Shown here piece after piece: positions 1 through 23,630 of a DNA stretch of 64,000 bases. A model generated the notes under the pieces. The model was not told the origin of the DNA. It made no database searches and worked only from the letters and a program-made list of their open reading frames with translations. The translations under genes and the position numbers were made by a program. This DNA comes from the human T2T-CHM13v2.0 reference genome, Homo sapiens, in assembly GCF_009914755.1 (NCBI RefSeq), contig NC_060929.1. The stretch is one strand, 5' to 3'. The stretch's first letter is position 1. Each line of letters opens with the position of its first letter.

Positions 1-329
<329 letters not shown>

Positions 330-640
330 CTAAGGAGATATCCACAAATAAGCAATCCAGATAGGACTTATGATTTAGCTGTCTCAATCCTGACTATCAC
401 AGCCAATATTCCGTAGTGCCTATAGCTATATTTTGATAGCTAGAAGGCACTGGAAGGTTTTAGGAAGAGAAGTGGCATTATCTAATTTTCCTCTTAAAAG
501 GATCATTCTGGCTCAGTGTTGAGAACATACCATCAAGAAACAAAGATGAGGAGATTAATTAGGAGGCAATATTAATCCAGGTGAGAGGATGGCAGTAGAA
601 ACAGTAAAAAGTGGTCAGACTTATCTTCTGAAGTAAGTCA

Positions 641-927
<287 letters not shown>

Positions 928-929
928 CA

Positions 930-1287
930 CCTTCATTCCAGAAGTATCTACCCTATACCTGGATGAAAGGAATGCCCTTATCTCTGAATACACAGGGACA
1001 TAGAAAAGAATCTGAACAAACAGGCCTTGGTTAATGAGCCGCCCTTTATTTATCATCCTCTTTGTCTAATTATTCATCCGCACCACTGTCCACTTTTCAT
1101 CAAACCAAAGCATTAAAATACACAGGTGTGTCTGTTTCTGTGGGTCTTGATTTCTGAAGGTGTTCATGTCATGTAAAACTTACATTAAATAAATGTGCAT
1201 GCTTTTCTCTTGTTAATGTCTTCTGTTACAGATGCCTCAGCTATGAACCTAATGATGGGTAAGGAAAGAAATCTTTCCTACTCAACA
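930..1287 (+). mobile_element. ERV1-class LTR fragment (MER34/MER39-like)
   Basis: gaatctgaacaaacaggccttg...aataaa...ttttctcttgttaat..ctgttacag 3' LTR signature. Confidence 0.6.
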
Positions 1288-1289
1288 GA

Positions 1290-1950
1290 TGCTTGGTAAA
1301 AATATACCAGTGGAAATGCTGGGTGCCTAGTTGGATATAGCAATCTAAAGTTCCAAAACAGGTCTGGACTCGAGATACAAATTTGGGAATCAGTAGCACA
1401 TAGATGGTAGGTAGAGCCATTAGACTAAACAAGATTACCAAGGAAGTGAATAAAAATAAGCAATCTGAGAAATGGGCCCTGGGCCATTCCAAATTTAAGA
1501 GATTCAGAAGAGGAAGAGCAATCAGCAGAGGGGAATGAGAAAGAACAGCCAGTGTAGGTAAAAAAAAAAAAAAAAAAAAAAACCGAGTGAGATATCCTGA
1601 ATGCCAAGTGAAAAAAGTATATCAAGGTAGTGGGAGTAATTAATTGAATCAAACCTTGCTGTTAGGTCAAGTAAAACATTCAACAGACATCACTGGTGAC
1701 TTGCAAAAGCTATTTCAGAGGAATGAATGGTCGGAGGAAAGGATCACTGCAGTGAATTTAAGAGAGAATGGGAGGAGAAGAGTTAAAGAAAAGAGACACA
1801 GACAATTCTTCCAGCAATTCTATTTATAAAGGGAAGCAGAGAAATCAGGGTGTATGTGCTAGAATGGGATGGGGGGAGTCGAGAGAGGGTTTTTTCTGAA
1901 CTTGGAAGAAATAACAGTATAAATGTTTTACACTGATGGGAATGACTAGG
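1290..1950 (+). mobile_element. L2 remnant (also ~330-620)
   Basis: gtggaaatg...agttggatat...ggagataca aatttgggaatcagtagcacatagatggta, an L2 3'-region pattern. Confidence 0.6.
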
Positions 1951-2517
1951 TAGACAGGCAGAAACTGATAATCCAGGAAAGGGCAAGAGGACAACTATAG
2001 AAGCAATAACTGAAAAGCTGTTCATCTAATACACCCAAGTCTGTGAAACTAACAGTGGCAGCTTAACTTCTTTGAAATGTCTTCTAGTTTATAAAATAAT
2101 TTTATAATATGTTCACATCTTTTTATCATAATCCTCTAATATAGGTATTACCCCCACTTATTTAGAGAAAAGCAAAATGCAGTTCAGAAGTCAGGTAACT
2201 TGGCCAAAGTCACACTGATACTGAACAAAGGCAGAATACAAAACCTAAGTCTTCCTACTCTAAATTCCTCTTTAGCCCTACTTTAGTGGATGGTTTAGAA
2301 TGAAAATATACTGAGGAAACCCACCTTATCTATTAATTTAGCATCTTATTTTTAAAAGTAGTATCAAAATTACATTTTGAATGTCTTAGATGCTGCTTTT
2401 TACATTTAATGGCAATTATATTAAAAAAAGTTACTAACAAATGTGACAGTGACAATAATTTAGTCATTATTACAACAATGTTCCTAGGTTTCTGCTAATC
2501 AAGAAAGGATGCCAACA

Positions 2518-3005
2518 GTGGAGGTTCAGAACATGCCACACCAAATTATTCCTCTTTGGCATAAGGATTATTTTCAGCTTATTATTTTCAGAAATAGCAA
2601 ACACAGGATAATACAGAGAAGTTACCCTTTTATAAAAGAAATTTTCATCTGTAGTAGAAATCTCCATTTCTACGGGTGTCTCCTCTCTGTACGAGCAAGA
2701 GAAAGATGACTCTAAATCACTAAAAACTACCAATCTTGAGAGCTAACCTTAACTTTGCTTACAGTGCTTTTCCTGGTCATCTCATTACAACTAGGTCTCC
2801 CCAACACCCTTTTTTCCTTTGTTTCAGGACATGATGGTATTTAAGCCACCTCTGAGAGATTTACTCACTTCCCCCGAGTATCTCCCATGTATATATGAGG
2901 TATACATGTCTTAAAACTTGTTTTTCTCTTGTTAACCAATATTCTGTTACAGGGATCTATCCCATCCTAAGAAGTGTATGAGAATATTATATGTTCTCCC
3001 CATAC
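2518..3005 (+). mobile_element. ERV1-class solo LTR (MER34/MER39-like)
   Basis: cagaacatgccacaccaaattattcctctttggcataaggattattttcagct 5' signature, with a matching 3' end. Confidence 0.7.
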
Positions 3006-3123
3006 CATGTTCTTCAGCAAAACTCCTAAGAAATACGGAAGCTGTCTTAAAAATAACAAAAGTCAACCATAATACCACCTAGCTACCTCTGCTGACATCA
3101 TAATTTCTAGGAAAATAATTTAA

Positions 3124-3434
<311 letters not shown>

Positions 3435-3622
3435 AATAAGTTGTTTTATACTTCTCTACCCAGTGATGTTTCCTAAACTCTGAAACAATGTATATTCTTG
3501 GGGATTTATAATTGAGACAATTAAGTGTATCAGCAAAATACTGAACTATAACTTCTGGCATCAAAGAAACACATGAAGCAATCAAAGTTGTACATCTAAC
3601 ACATATTTTTGACATTCCTTAC

Positions 3623-3755
3623 CTGGGTATTTTCTTCATTCTCAAATACACAATCTTGCTGCATAGCTTCATTGTCTAAATTAGTGCTAGCCACAGGTTT
3701 TGAACAGTCTCTGTTACTTTCACTGGCATTAATAATATCATCAGCAATATCAATC
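3623..3755 (-). CDS. FAM13B: FAM13B exon 10 ([45 protein letters not shown]; ends at aa 393)
   Basis: Acceptor ttcatccctag|G, donor CAG|GTAAGG. 133 nt, phase 2-0. Cumulative CDS is 1179 nt = 393 codons. Confidence 0.95.
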
Positions 3756-4996
3756 CTAGGGATGAAGTTTAAAAATCAGATCAGGCCAAATGTTGAGTGT
3801 GTAATGCCTTTACTTTAAAATAAGTAAATATCAATAATGATCTGAAACTTTTACTTGTTAAAGAAAATGTGTACCTTTCACAAAAATCCACACTTTTATC
3901 TTGCTAAATTAGATTATTAAATCTGCTATGTTTTTGTCTCCTCGGGATGTTGTGAGGGACCATGTTATCCCCTCTAAAAATGTTCATAAGCGAATAAATA
4001 GCTTTTAAAATAATTTATGGGCCGAAATAATCATTTCCCTTGTAAATGCACACTCTCACATAATAATGACACATCTGTCCTGATCAAATACAAGTCCAGT
4101 ACTAGACACTACAGTGTCCAACACCTTATCAAGTAAAACAGAAATAGCTTCCTACTGCAGAGTTGTCATCTTACAGTTTAGAATATCCAAAACACTGCAG
4201 TTTTTGTTTCAAAGATGATACCACTACCCTCAATAGAACATGTGTTCCCCAGTGGTGAAAATAAGACTATCACCTGAGCAATGGGTATAGGTTTACAGGA
4301 TCCCTAGCTAAGCTAAGGACAAACTCCAAGAAATCTGCTTACATCCTTTGAAACATTTTCCCACTATTTCTAACATTTAGATACTGATTTTTTCCTTCAC
4401 ATTCTGCCCAAATACTCCCAATAGATCCAGTTGTATACATGCTTTTTTTTTTAATGTTTTTCTTTCTCTTTTCTTTCCCTCTCCCGCCTTTTCCCAGTTG
4501 TATGCATTCTAATCATGCCTTCAAAGTACACAAACCAAGGCCATCAAATAGAGCTGCACTGGCTGGCAGTGCCATCCATGGCACGCTTGCAATTGTACTA
4601 TATGGTATTCCAAAAATAAACATTCCCAGCACTGGTTTTCACATCCATTTACATTTTTCATTTTATATTTGATAGCTATTCTAGTTAGCCCTTTTAAAAA
4701 CTGTCTTAAAAAAAAAACCACTCCCCAATTATCTTTTTTTTTCCTTTACCTTCCTATGAATCTTCTAGATTTGGGTACATTTTTCTCATCTTCCCCCCCC
4801 CAAAAAAATTGATGTATGAAAAACATGAAATCACTGCACCACGGTCTCTGAGGGAGGCACACAGGTATCCTGAAATACAGGACTGAAGTAATAGAAAACA
4901 AAGAGAGGCTTTCCTTCATTTAAAGGTAACAGGTCAGATGAAGAGTGGAGTAACATCATGCATTATAAGTACTTTTAACTAATACACATTTAAATA

Positions 4997-5331
4997 CAGG
5001 TTGATTATTCCTTGTCGGAAAAGCTTCGGACCAGAAGTGTTTCAGATTTGTTTTGTTTGTTTTCAGATTTTGGAATATTTGCCAGTTAGCAACTGGCTCA
5101 TAAATTATTTTAAAAGCCATTCATTTGCTTATGAAAATTTTCAGAGAGCATGACAAACAAGGTCCCTCACAACATCCCAAGGAGAGGTGCCAGACTGGCA
5201 TCCCTAATCTGAAAATCCAAAATCTAAAATGCTCAAATGAGCATTTCTTCTGAGTATCATGTCAGTGCTCAAAGTTTTGGATTTGGGAGCACTTCAGATT
5301 TTGGATTTTTGGATTAGGGATGCTCAACCTG
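4997..5331 (+). mobile_element. Tigger4/MER46-type DNA transposon with an internal insertion
   Basis: TA|CAGGTTGA...TCAACCTG|TA terminal inverted repeats with TA target duplication. Confidence 0.8.
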
Positions 5332-5825
5332 TATTAAGAGTTAATCTAACAAAAACATAAGCAGGGGAGAGGCTGGTGGGAAGGGATAACTATTTAAATA
5401 GCAAAGGATGATTCTGCCCACCATTTCACTCAATGATTATATGCACTATAGTGATATCAATCTGCTGCCCCTGTAACTGTCTGTCTAGATCACTCTGTTG
5501 CAGAGTCTAATTTTTTAAAGTTATTTTTCATACAACATAATTCCTAAAGGTAAGCTTGTTACTTCATTCGATGTTCAGGGGAAAAAAAACAACAAAAAAC
5601 AAACAAACCTGTATTGGACTTAATAAAACATATATTATGAAAAAAGTGATGAGATATCCAGTGTTAAGTATGGATGTATATACAAGTATATATACAAAGT
5701 CACTTTTCACAAACAACTTTCAGAAATCTCCAAGAAAGATGAGATCCTGTTATTTAAGTAGCAATACAGTTTTAAGATAAAACAATTTTATAGCATTTAA
5801 TAAACAACAGTAAAATGTTTCTTAC

Positions 5826-5981
5826 TGGTTATTAGATCCTTCCCCATCACAATGAATACTTTCTGCTTCATTATTACACACCACACTTTGCTGTTGTAAA
5901 TTCTTAAGATCATGATCTATGCTGCTCTGAAGATCAAAAAGGTGCTGTTCCACAGCTGCTCTAATTGTTCTTTCTAAAATA
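5826..5981 (-). CDS. FAM13B: FAM13B exon 9 ([52 protein letters not shown])
   Basis: Acceptor ttgttttgtag|T, donor CCA|GTAAGA. 156 nt, phase 2-2. Confidence 0.95.
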
Positions 5982-6638
5982 CTACAAAACAACACGTTTT
6001 AGTAAGAAGCAGTCACTCTAACTGGATATCTGGTGACACAGACATAAATGCTAAAACCTATGACCAGTAAAACTATTATGGTACTTAAATGGGTAAACCA
6101 AAGTGTAAAAAGAAATACATAAAAGGAATACATGATACTGGCTTAAGTTTTAAAAGTAAAATTTACCCAAACAGACAATCATATACAAATCAACCATAAT
6201 GTCACTATTATTACTGGGATGGGAAAGATCAGTTGTCCCTATAATTCACTCCTCACTACACAGAAAACCACTAAATAAGGCTTTTCAAAGCTATACTTAT
6301 AAAGCAAAATAACCTACTAACAGCAAAATGAAAGAAACCATGAGTACTGCTCACACTTCTTATGTAAAGTCTACTTTTTTAAAACTTATATTCTATGAAC
6401 ATTTTTCAATTATTTCAGAGGATTCAAAAAAACCATCTGAAGAAAGCTCATCTTTATTTTGTATAGTAATGCAATGGGTTTCTTCTTCATTTGTTCCTAT
6501 CACAGTACATAAAAAACTAGTTTACTGCCTGTGTACAGTCTTTCCTCTAAAGTGAGCACAAGTACATTATTTTCATTTCTACAGCTTAGTAGTATTTTAA
6601 AATCTTAAAAATTTGTCTTCTATAAATATACTACTTAC

Positions 6639-6680
6639 TCTGTAGAGGCTGGTAGGATGCTGATGGGAGATATATGGGTG
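6639..6680 (-). CDS. FAM13B: FAM13B exon 8, 42 nt (STHISPISILPAST)
   Basis: Acceptor tttctttgattgcag|C, donor AGA|GTAAGT. Phase 2-2, open frame. Confidence 0.9.
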
Positions 6681-7907
6681 CTGCAATCAAAGAAAGAAAT
6701 TAGCTATAAAAATGTTCAATACTTAATAACTACAAAATGTGCTGAAATCTGCCATATTTGCACTACCTTGACACAACCAGGAGAGCACATACTAAGTGTT
6801 GTATTCTTGTTTACATATCAAGTTGGAAATATTTTCTGAATCTGGTTGGTAAAGCTTTCAAATATTAACCAAAGAAAATAAATTTGGAAAAACGTATCAC
6901 TAACAAGACCAAAAATTTTAAAGTTAGAATTCATTATGAGCTAGGACCATTACATGCATTTATCTCTCATTTAATAACTTTCAATACCCAAGGAGTTACA
7001 ATTATTTCCCCCTTTCCACAAAAGTGAAGCTCAAAGATGTTAATTAACTTGGCCAAATGCATATGGCCATGGGTTGGGTACCCCAAAGCCCCTGCTATTA
7101 ACAAAGATGCTCTACTGCCTTCTACAACAAAAAAAAGTGACTAAAAACAAAAACACACACCACAGCATGAGCACCTCTCACAGATGATGAACCTAATTTT
7201 CTAAAGAAACTATTTTTCACACAAAAAGACCCCCAAATATATATACTTGGGGGGGTGAGAGTGGGACAACTACTTTCTCTGGTGCTCAGGTGGAGAAAAA
7301 CTGATCTATTTCCAAAGCTGGAGGGAAAATTAGTTGTACTGGATTTAGGTGAACAGTAGTATTAGCCATTGATGAATACAGGTAATTTTTAAAAAATCAT
7401 TTATCAGATAAAAGATAAGGTATGTTTAAATGGCACTGTGTGCCTAAGCACATCATCACAGCCAACACTTAGCCATAGGGAGGAGTGACCCTGCCTTCTT
7501 GACCTGAACACCACATCTGTAGCTACCTTGTCATTTTTTAAACGTAAATTAGTTTTATGAAGATCCTCCAAAATGTGGCAATACAATCTCTAACCAAAAT
7601 GCAGAACAAACGCTATGAAGTTAGTATTGTCAGGATCCACTGCAGGAAACCAAATGAGTATCATTTACCATTCATTCACTCAGCAATCTTCATGTCTCTC
7701 AGTAGCGAAGTGAACAAATGCTTTATCAAACAACAGTAAGCCCTCTTGGTCTGACACACATAACCCCTCCTACATATAAAAATATTTTTTGTTAACTGCC
7801 AGTATCATGCTAGTTTCCAATGAATGGATTATTTATGGTTCTAAAGGCCTTCATGCTGATCGTCTCCAGGGAAGTGTTTACCAATATTCACACTTAAAGA
7901 TTTTTCT

Positions 7908-8210
7908 GACTAGGTGTAGTGGTTCATGCCTGTAATCCCAGCACTTTGGGAGACCGAAGCTGGAGGTTCACTTGAAACCAGGAATTCAAGACCAGCCTGG
8001 GCAACATAGCGAGATCCCATCTCTACAAAAAAAATAAAAATCAGCCAGGCATGATGATGGTGCATGCCTGTAGTCCTAGCTACTTAGGAGGCTGAGGCAG
8101 GAAGATCGCTTGAGCCCAGGGAGGTTGCAGTGAGCTGTGGTCGTGCCACTGCACTCCTGCCTGGGTGACAGAAAGACACCCTGTCTCAAAAAAAAGAAAG
8201 AAAAATAAAA
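7908..8210 (+). mobile_element. AluJ
   Basis: Full-length diverged Alu. Confidence 0.92.
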
Positions 8211-9879
8211 CAACTAAAGTTTTTTGGAACTTCATTTCTGAAATCCAAAAAAGCTGGGGGGAAAAAACCCCAAAACATGGTACAAAGAAGAGTGTAGCCA
8301 TCATCAGTTTATTTCTAGTGGTTTCCTGTGAGCTAAAAGTTAAATATTTATTGATTTCTGTAGAAAAAAAACAAAAAGTAAAAAGATAAATGAGGCTTTC
8401 CCTGAAGAGTCTTAACATGAACTAGGATATTAAATCATTTTCTGATATTTTGCTCTAATACACTATTGCTTACATATTTACATTTCGGTGATCAGCTGCT
8501 ATTAAATTACAAAAGTTAAATCTTTATGTGGTGCGATCTGTTTTATTTTCCTTGATAATATTTGCAATCTCTACTAAACTTAGATAATTCCTTGCCTATC
8601 GAGAAATATTCATTTTATTTTTAATATCTAATTATAATCCACTGACAATGTGGCATACTGAATGGTGTGGGGAAAAATCTATAAATTGAACACTCTTAGC
8701 CATTTAATTTGTGATCTCTGGTAAGCTTTTGCTTTATCTTATACCAAATCCTGAAGAAGCTCTCTAATTCTCAACTACTTACTTCATCAGTCTGTTACTA
8801 AAGCTTTATATAATGTTTTAATTCTTGGTAGGGCTTATATCCTCTCTGTTCTTTCTCAGATTTGCCCTTGTTAGTCATCTGCTCATTTTCCCAGAGGAAT
8901 TTTCTCACCCTTTTTTGTCAGATTAGATTATCAATAAAATGTTAGTAGGTAAATGGATACAAGATATTTCATAAAGAATTAAATAACCAAAAAGAAAAAT
9001 AATCAACCTAACTAGATATACAAGTTTAAAATAAGGAGCCAGGTGCCAGTGGCTCATGCCTCAAGTCCCAGCTACTCAGGAGGCTGAGTCAGGAGGATCA
9101 CTTGAGCCCAGGAGTTTGAGGCCACCCTGGGCAACATAGCGAGACCCCCATCTCAAAAAAAATAAACAAATAAGGATTAAAATAAAATTTATATATATTT
9201 CTGCTGATGTCAATATAGTATATTGACAAAGGCTATGAAACTGGCATGCATGTTGCTAGTGGGAAGGTTAATGAGTAAAAATTTCTTATGGAAATCTATT
9301 TAGTAATGCATTTCAAAGAGCTCTAAAAATGTGCACACACTTTGACTCAGAAAGTCTGAGACTCTATCAAAAAGGGTTTATCAAATCTACCACAATTTAT
9401 CCTAGATACAAAAGGGGAGGATGGATTTTATACCATAAAGTATTCTCTGTAGCATTTTTCCAATATTATAAAACTTCTCAAAAATACAGAAAAGTGAAAA
9501 TAAACTGTATAAGAACACCTATAGCCCCAACATTTAAAGTCTATAATTAACATTTTACTATATTTGCAGAATTATTTTTAAGAAAGAAATATCAGCAAAT
9601 GAATATATAAAATGGACCAGGATAAATACAATGGACTGTTGTGAAATCATTGGTGCTCATTAAGATTAGAAAATAATATCAGAAATTGTCTTTATATGTG
9701 TAAGCATAAACAACGTGTGCAACTATGTACCAAAATGGCTTCATTTAATAATGTGTTTTTATAACTATAAACAAAGGCAAATATACTAAGCCAGAATTTG
9801 GGAGCTCTCTTACAGCATCTCTAGAGCAGGGATGTCATCCATGGACCACTTGTATCAGAATCTCCTGAAGTGACAGTGT

Positions 9880-11710
<1,831 letters not shown>

Positions 11711-11712
11711 TG

Positions 11713-12320
<608 letters not shown>

Positions 12321-14453
12321 CCTAGGTCTATATCCAGCCTCCAAAAAGAATAAAGTTTAATAAAATTTCCAGTTATTCAAAGGAGACAAAAAGAGGCAAA
12401 AGTTCCAGTGGCCTTAAATTGAATAGATCACAAGGTAGTTGATCTTTTTTGCTTCCTAACCCTTTTAATTGCTACTGAAAACTACAAGTATATATAAAAG
12501 TAGTGATCAGCAAGCTCGATTATTACTGCAAGAGTAAAGATTCTTTAGCCCTGAAGAATATGCTGGGACAATCAAATAAACAGCTCCTTTTAATAAGGAG
12601 CCTCCCACCAGCCATAGTAAACAAATCAAATAAATAGATTTTCTACTTTAAGAGTCAGGTTGTCACCCACAAGGCTACATACAAAATGAATTGTACAACT
12701 TTGTTCTCTGAGCTTCTGAAGGACAAAAAGGACTGACTTAGCTTTCAGATTTCACAGATTTTAATTATTCTTTATTTTCATACTTTAGTCAAATCCTGTG
12801 GGTAAAAAGCCCTGATATATCAGCCAGGGCTCACACACACCAATAGAAATAAAAAAGATATATCAATATAGTTATGCATCTGCAGCTAAAATATATAGAT
12901 ATCACAGGGATGTGAGAGCTAAAATAAAGACACAAGAAAAATAACTGCTGAGAAATTTCAGGTCAAGTTACATAGGTACTATAGGCAGATGCCATAAAGA
13001 CCACATAAAAATGCTAATTGTATTCATTCAACCCCTAGACAAGGAAGCCTTGACTAGAAAGACAAACAATAAATCACAGGGGACATATATATTTTAAAGT
13101 CATCAGTCAAGCACAACATTGAAGACTATAGTCATTCCCTGACATTTTATCCCTTCTGCTATTAACTCTATTTTCAAATCTGCCTACGATGACATAATCA
13201 TCTTGAGAACATAAGATCAATCTTGCAACCACTTACTCCAGTCACTAATATTTTGTATCCAAATAAAATAAGAAACTACTATTATTTTAATTTCCCAATT
13301 GTAAATATTTAATGCTACAAACGATATTTCAATAAAAGTATTGCAGTTCAGCCTCAACTGACTCTGGTAAAGATCACTTTACCTGTGCAACACAGCCTTG
13401 GAAACCATTCTGAATACCCTGGCACCTTCCAACAAAAACATCAGGTAAAGACTTCATTGAAAGCACAGTAAAGGAAGGTGATAGGCTTATAAAAACTGCT
13501 GAGCAATTATTAGTGCTGAGTCCTACACACAGTAGAGCTGTGCTACACTCTGCAGTTTAAACGGAAAAAGACTGCAACATGAGGTCACTACTGACAAGGA
13601 GGTACCCAATCAAGAGTCTACAATTTTTTTCCTCATTACTTTGCAACTTTTCAGGAGGTGGACAAAGAGGAACAAACTTTTTAATCTAGCTAGACTTCTC
13701 TCAAAAATATATAAGCCTAATCCAATATAAGTGGAGAAACCAATCTGTTTTCATTAATCAAACTACTATATCCAGGGACATAAATTATAAATATGAAATT
13801 ACTAAAATATGCAAAATAGTGCTATTGTTCAATTATCCAATTTGAGAAAAGCATTTATGGTTAACGTTTCAAGTCTAAAAATTGGATAGCTTCCAGATGA
13901 GTCATGCTAGAACTATACCAAAATTACCATTTAAAAAACTATGGTTTTGAAAAATGAACATATAAAACAAAACAAAAATAATAACCTCATGCTCCTTTAA
14001 AACCAAAAGCAAAAATCCTTTCCTAACTTTCCCCATCAACTTAGGAGTATTTTATACCTATGACAAGAGTATATCAAAAGATTTCTCACTGTTACAAAGT
14101 TAGTCAATAAGTTATATATAACAAGTCTTTAAAATATCAAAGGCATCATTTACAGGAGACGGAAAAGAGGGAGAGAACCTGTCAATATTTATCATGTGCT
14201 AGTACTTAAAACATTTTTTTTAACTCTAATAAAATTTCCTCATGACCCAGAGCATAAATTCTACTTGTTACTGCCCAACATTTCTGGTACTTCCACCAAA
14301 GTATGACTTCCTTTTTACACTCAAGTGGAACCTGGATATTGAAAATGTGAACTGATAAAATCTGTCAACTGAAATATTTTGCAAACTGTATGACTCGATG
14401 AAAGAAAAGAAAAAAGATACTACTACAGTCCGCATACCCCTCTAGTCAACTGA

Positions 14454-15903
<1,450 letters not shown>

Positions 15904-16242
15904 TTAGAAACAATCTTGAGATTTCCATGGACTTCATGGATAAGAACCTCAGGATCAATCAAACAAAACTACTGCTTTTTCATGCACCCTAGGCTGCTCA
16001 CACCCCAAACTCCACCATTTTTTCCACTCTGAAGACAGCTTAAATCTTAACAAAACATAGCTAATGACAACTGCAGAAATAACAGATACATGAACAGACC
16101 AATCAATACAACTCACAAGCAAACATTTAAACCACTGGTTCTCAAAAAGAGGTCTATAAACCTGAGAGTCTTCAAAACCGTCTATGAAAGAGTTAGAAGT
16201 ACCTTCATACTGTATGCCTTTTTCACTGTGCTGACATTTGCA

Positions 16243-16584
16243 TGTTTTCAAATTTCTTAAATTGGGAGGCCATCAGGCTGAGATGGCTCCAGTGCCTTGG
16301 CTTCCTACATAAGTGAACTGAAACCCAATGTCAACAGTAAGATGACTAATCAAAACCCACCAACTAACCTCTAACTAGGAACTTTCCACTGTATCATATC
16401 CAAATAAGGCAAATGCCTACCCAATCAAGTTATTTCTTTACTTCTGCTTTCAGCCTATAAAAGCCCCAATGCTCAGGCTGCTAAAGTGGAGCACTCTGAA
16501 CCTCCTCTGGTTTTGACTGCTGCCTGATTCATGAATCCTTTAATGCTCAAATAAACTTAAAATTGTTGTTTAAAGTTTTCAACA
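16243..16584 (+). mobile_element. ERV1-class solo LTR inside Charlie
   Basis: TG...CA ends. CCAAT (~16421), TATAAAA (~16456) and AATAAA (~16549) in LTR order. Confidence 0.7.
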
Positions 16585-17169
16585 ATGATGATGCAAAATC
16601 AATGGTAGAAAAAGCTGCTTGGGGTCTTAGCATAAGTCCAGACAAGTAATACTGTGGCCACTGCATTCTTCCTCACCAGCCACTTGAAACTTTTTAAAAA
16701 GGGGCCAGTCCGTGACAGAGAAGCAGAAAACAATGATTAATTTCATCTTACTCCTTGAGTACATTTCTTTTTTAATATTCAGTGTAAAAGGGAAGTACTC
16801 ATAAAGCACTTCTGCAGCATAACTTACCTTGTTGAGAGCTAAACTAATCACTTTTATTACGGAATACCATTTTTACTTGAAAGACTAACATCTAAACCAT
16901 GGTTATTAGGACTTGAACACTGGCAGACATTTTCTCAGAAACGACTAAGACTCTAAGAAAAACTGACAATATAAAATTTGAATTTTCAAGCAAAAATCAA
17001 AATTCTGGAAAACCTGTATCCTCCTCCATAAGCTCAAAAACACCTGAATACTTAAAGATGCTTCTGATGCAATCAACAGTGATATTAAAGAATGTGAACT
17101 TTAACAAATGTGCCAACTATCTGGAAGATTACAGAACTCAGTGAAGCAATCTTTTCCAAATGACCAATA

Positions 17170-18312
<1,143 letters not shown>

Positions 18313-18500
18313 ATAGCAGCAACAGATTAAATGCAGAAGAAAATGTAAGAATCCTTCACGATAGAAATTCAAGAGGTTTGCAAAAATGTAAAACATTGCT
18401 ACTAAAAAAGTTTAGGGAATTAGAAAACACAATTACTTTTCATTTAAAAAAAATTACACTAATATGTGATAGGTTTATTGTTACTTTAAAACACTAAATA

Positions 18501-21342
<2,842 letters not shown>

Positions 21343-22339
21343 TGTTCCCTCTAACTAGCTGTGTGCTTCATTCCACTTCAATTTTTCATTTGCTTATCTC
21401 TCATTAAGCACTTATGAAATGGTATGCATTTTTATTTACTTTTAATTTCATAGAGGACACACCTATAAACAACTTCAATCTTTAGCCTCTATCTCAAGCA
21501 GTAATAACAACCGTAAAAATAAGTTGCCAAATGAATGTAAAACTAGGTAATTTATAAAAATTTTTTAATATGAGCATCTTTAATAACAAATAGAATATAA
21601 ATTGACCACAGTCTAGAAGGTACTACACACCGTGGATATTTTTACTTTCAAGAGAAGAGTTAAATTATTAACATTTTCATAAATAAATAAATGTCAACTA
21701 AAAAAACAGCAGGTACCTCTACTCTCATGACATGTAAAGGGTTTTATTTACCTGAAAAGTACTATAATGAAGCAATAGATACCACCAAAAAAGTAGTCAT
21801 GGGTACTTTTTAATCTTTATACACTTTATCAGCCAAAACTAAAATAAAAAGTAAATGTATAGATATTAACCGAAACACATAAATATTACTAAATCTAGAA
21901 GACCACAATGGTAGACATATCTGTTTCTGCTGCCTAATATCCCTACCCCAACATTTTGGTAATAGCCCTGTTTTCCCATGGGAAACTAGCTCCTCCCTCC
22001 ATCCCGCACCGTCCTCAGAGACACATAAATCACAATGACCAGTTCCACGCTGGCCATGGGAATAGAGACACCTAACTAAATTTAGGGCAGACCCTCTCCC
22101 GACCACCCCACAGCTATGTGCTCCAAAGCAGAATAACAGACAGACGGAGGCAGTCAGAACTCTCACAGCAATAGCCACATGCTGAAGAGATTATTACATG
22201 CCTCTGTGTTTCTAAATTTCACAGAGCTGCCCATGTTCTTATCTTTGCATTTCGATTTGACTGTAGCCCAGAATCCTTCTTATTAATAAACTGCTTTTTC
22301 TATACTTTAACCAGAATCTGTTCCTAGGAGCTGCAATTA

Positions 22340-23630
<1,291 letters not shown>

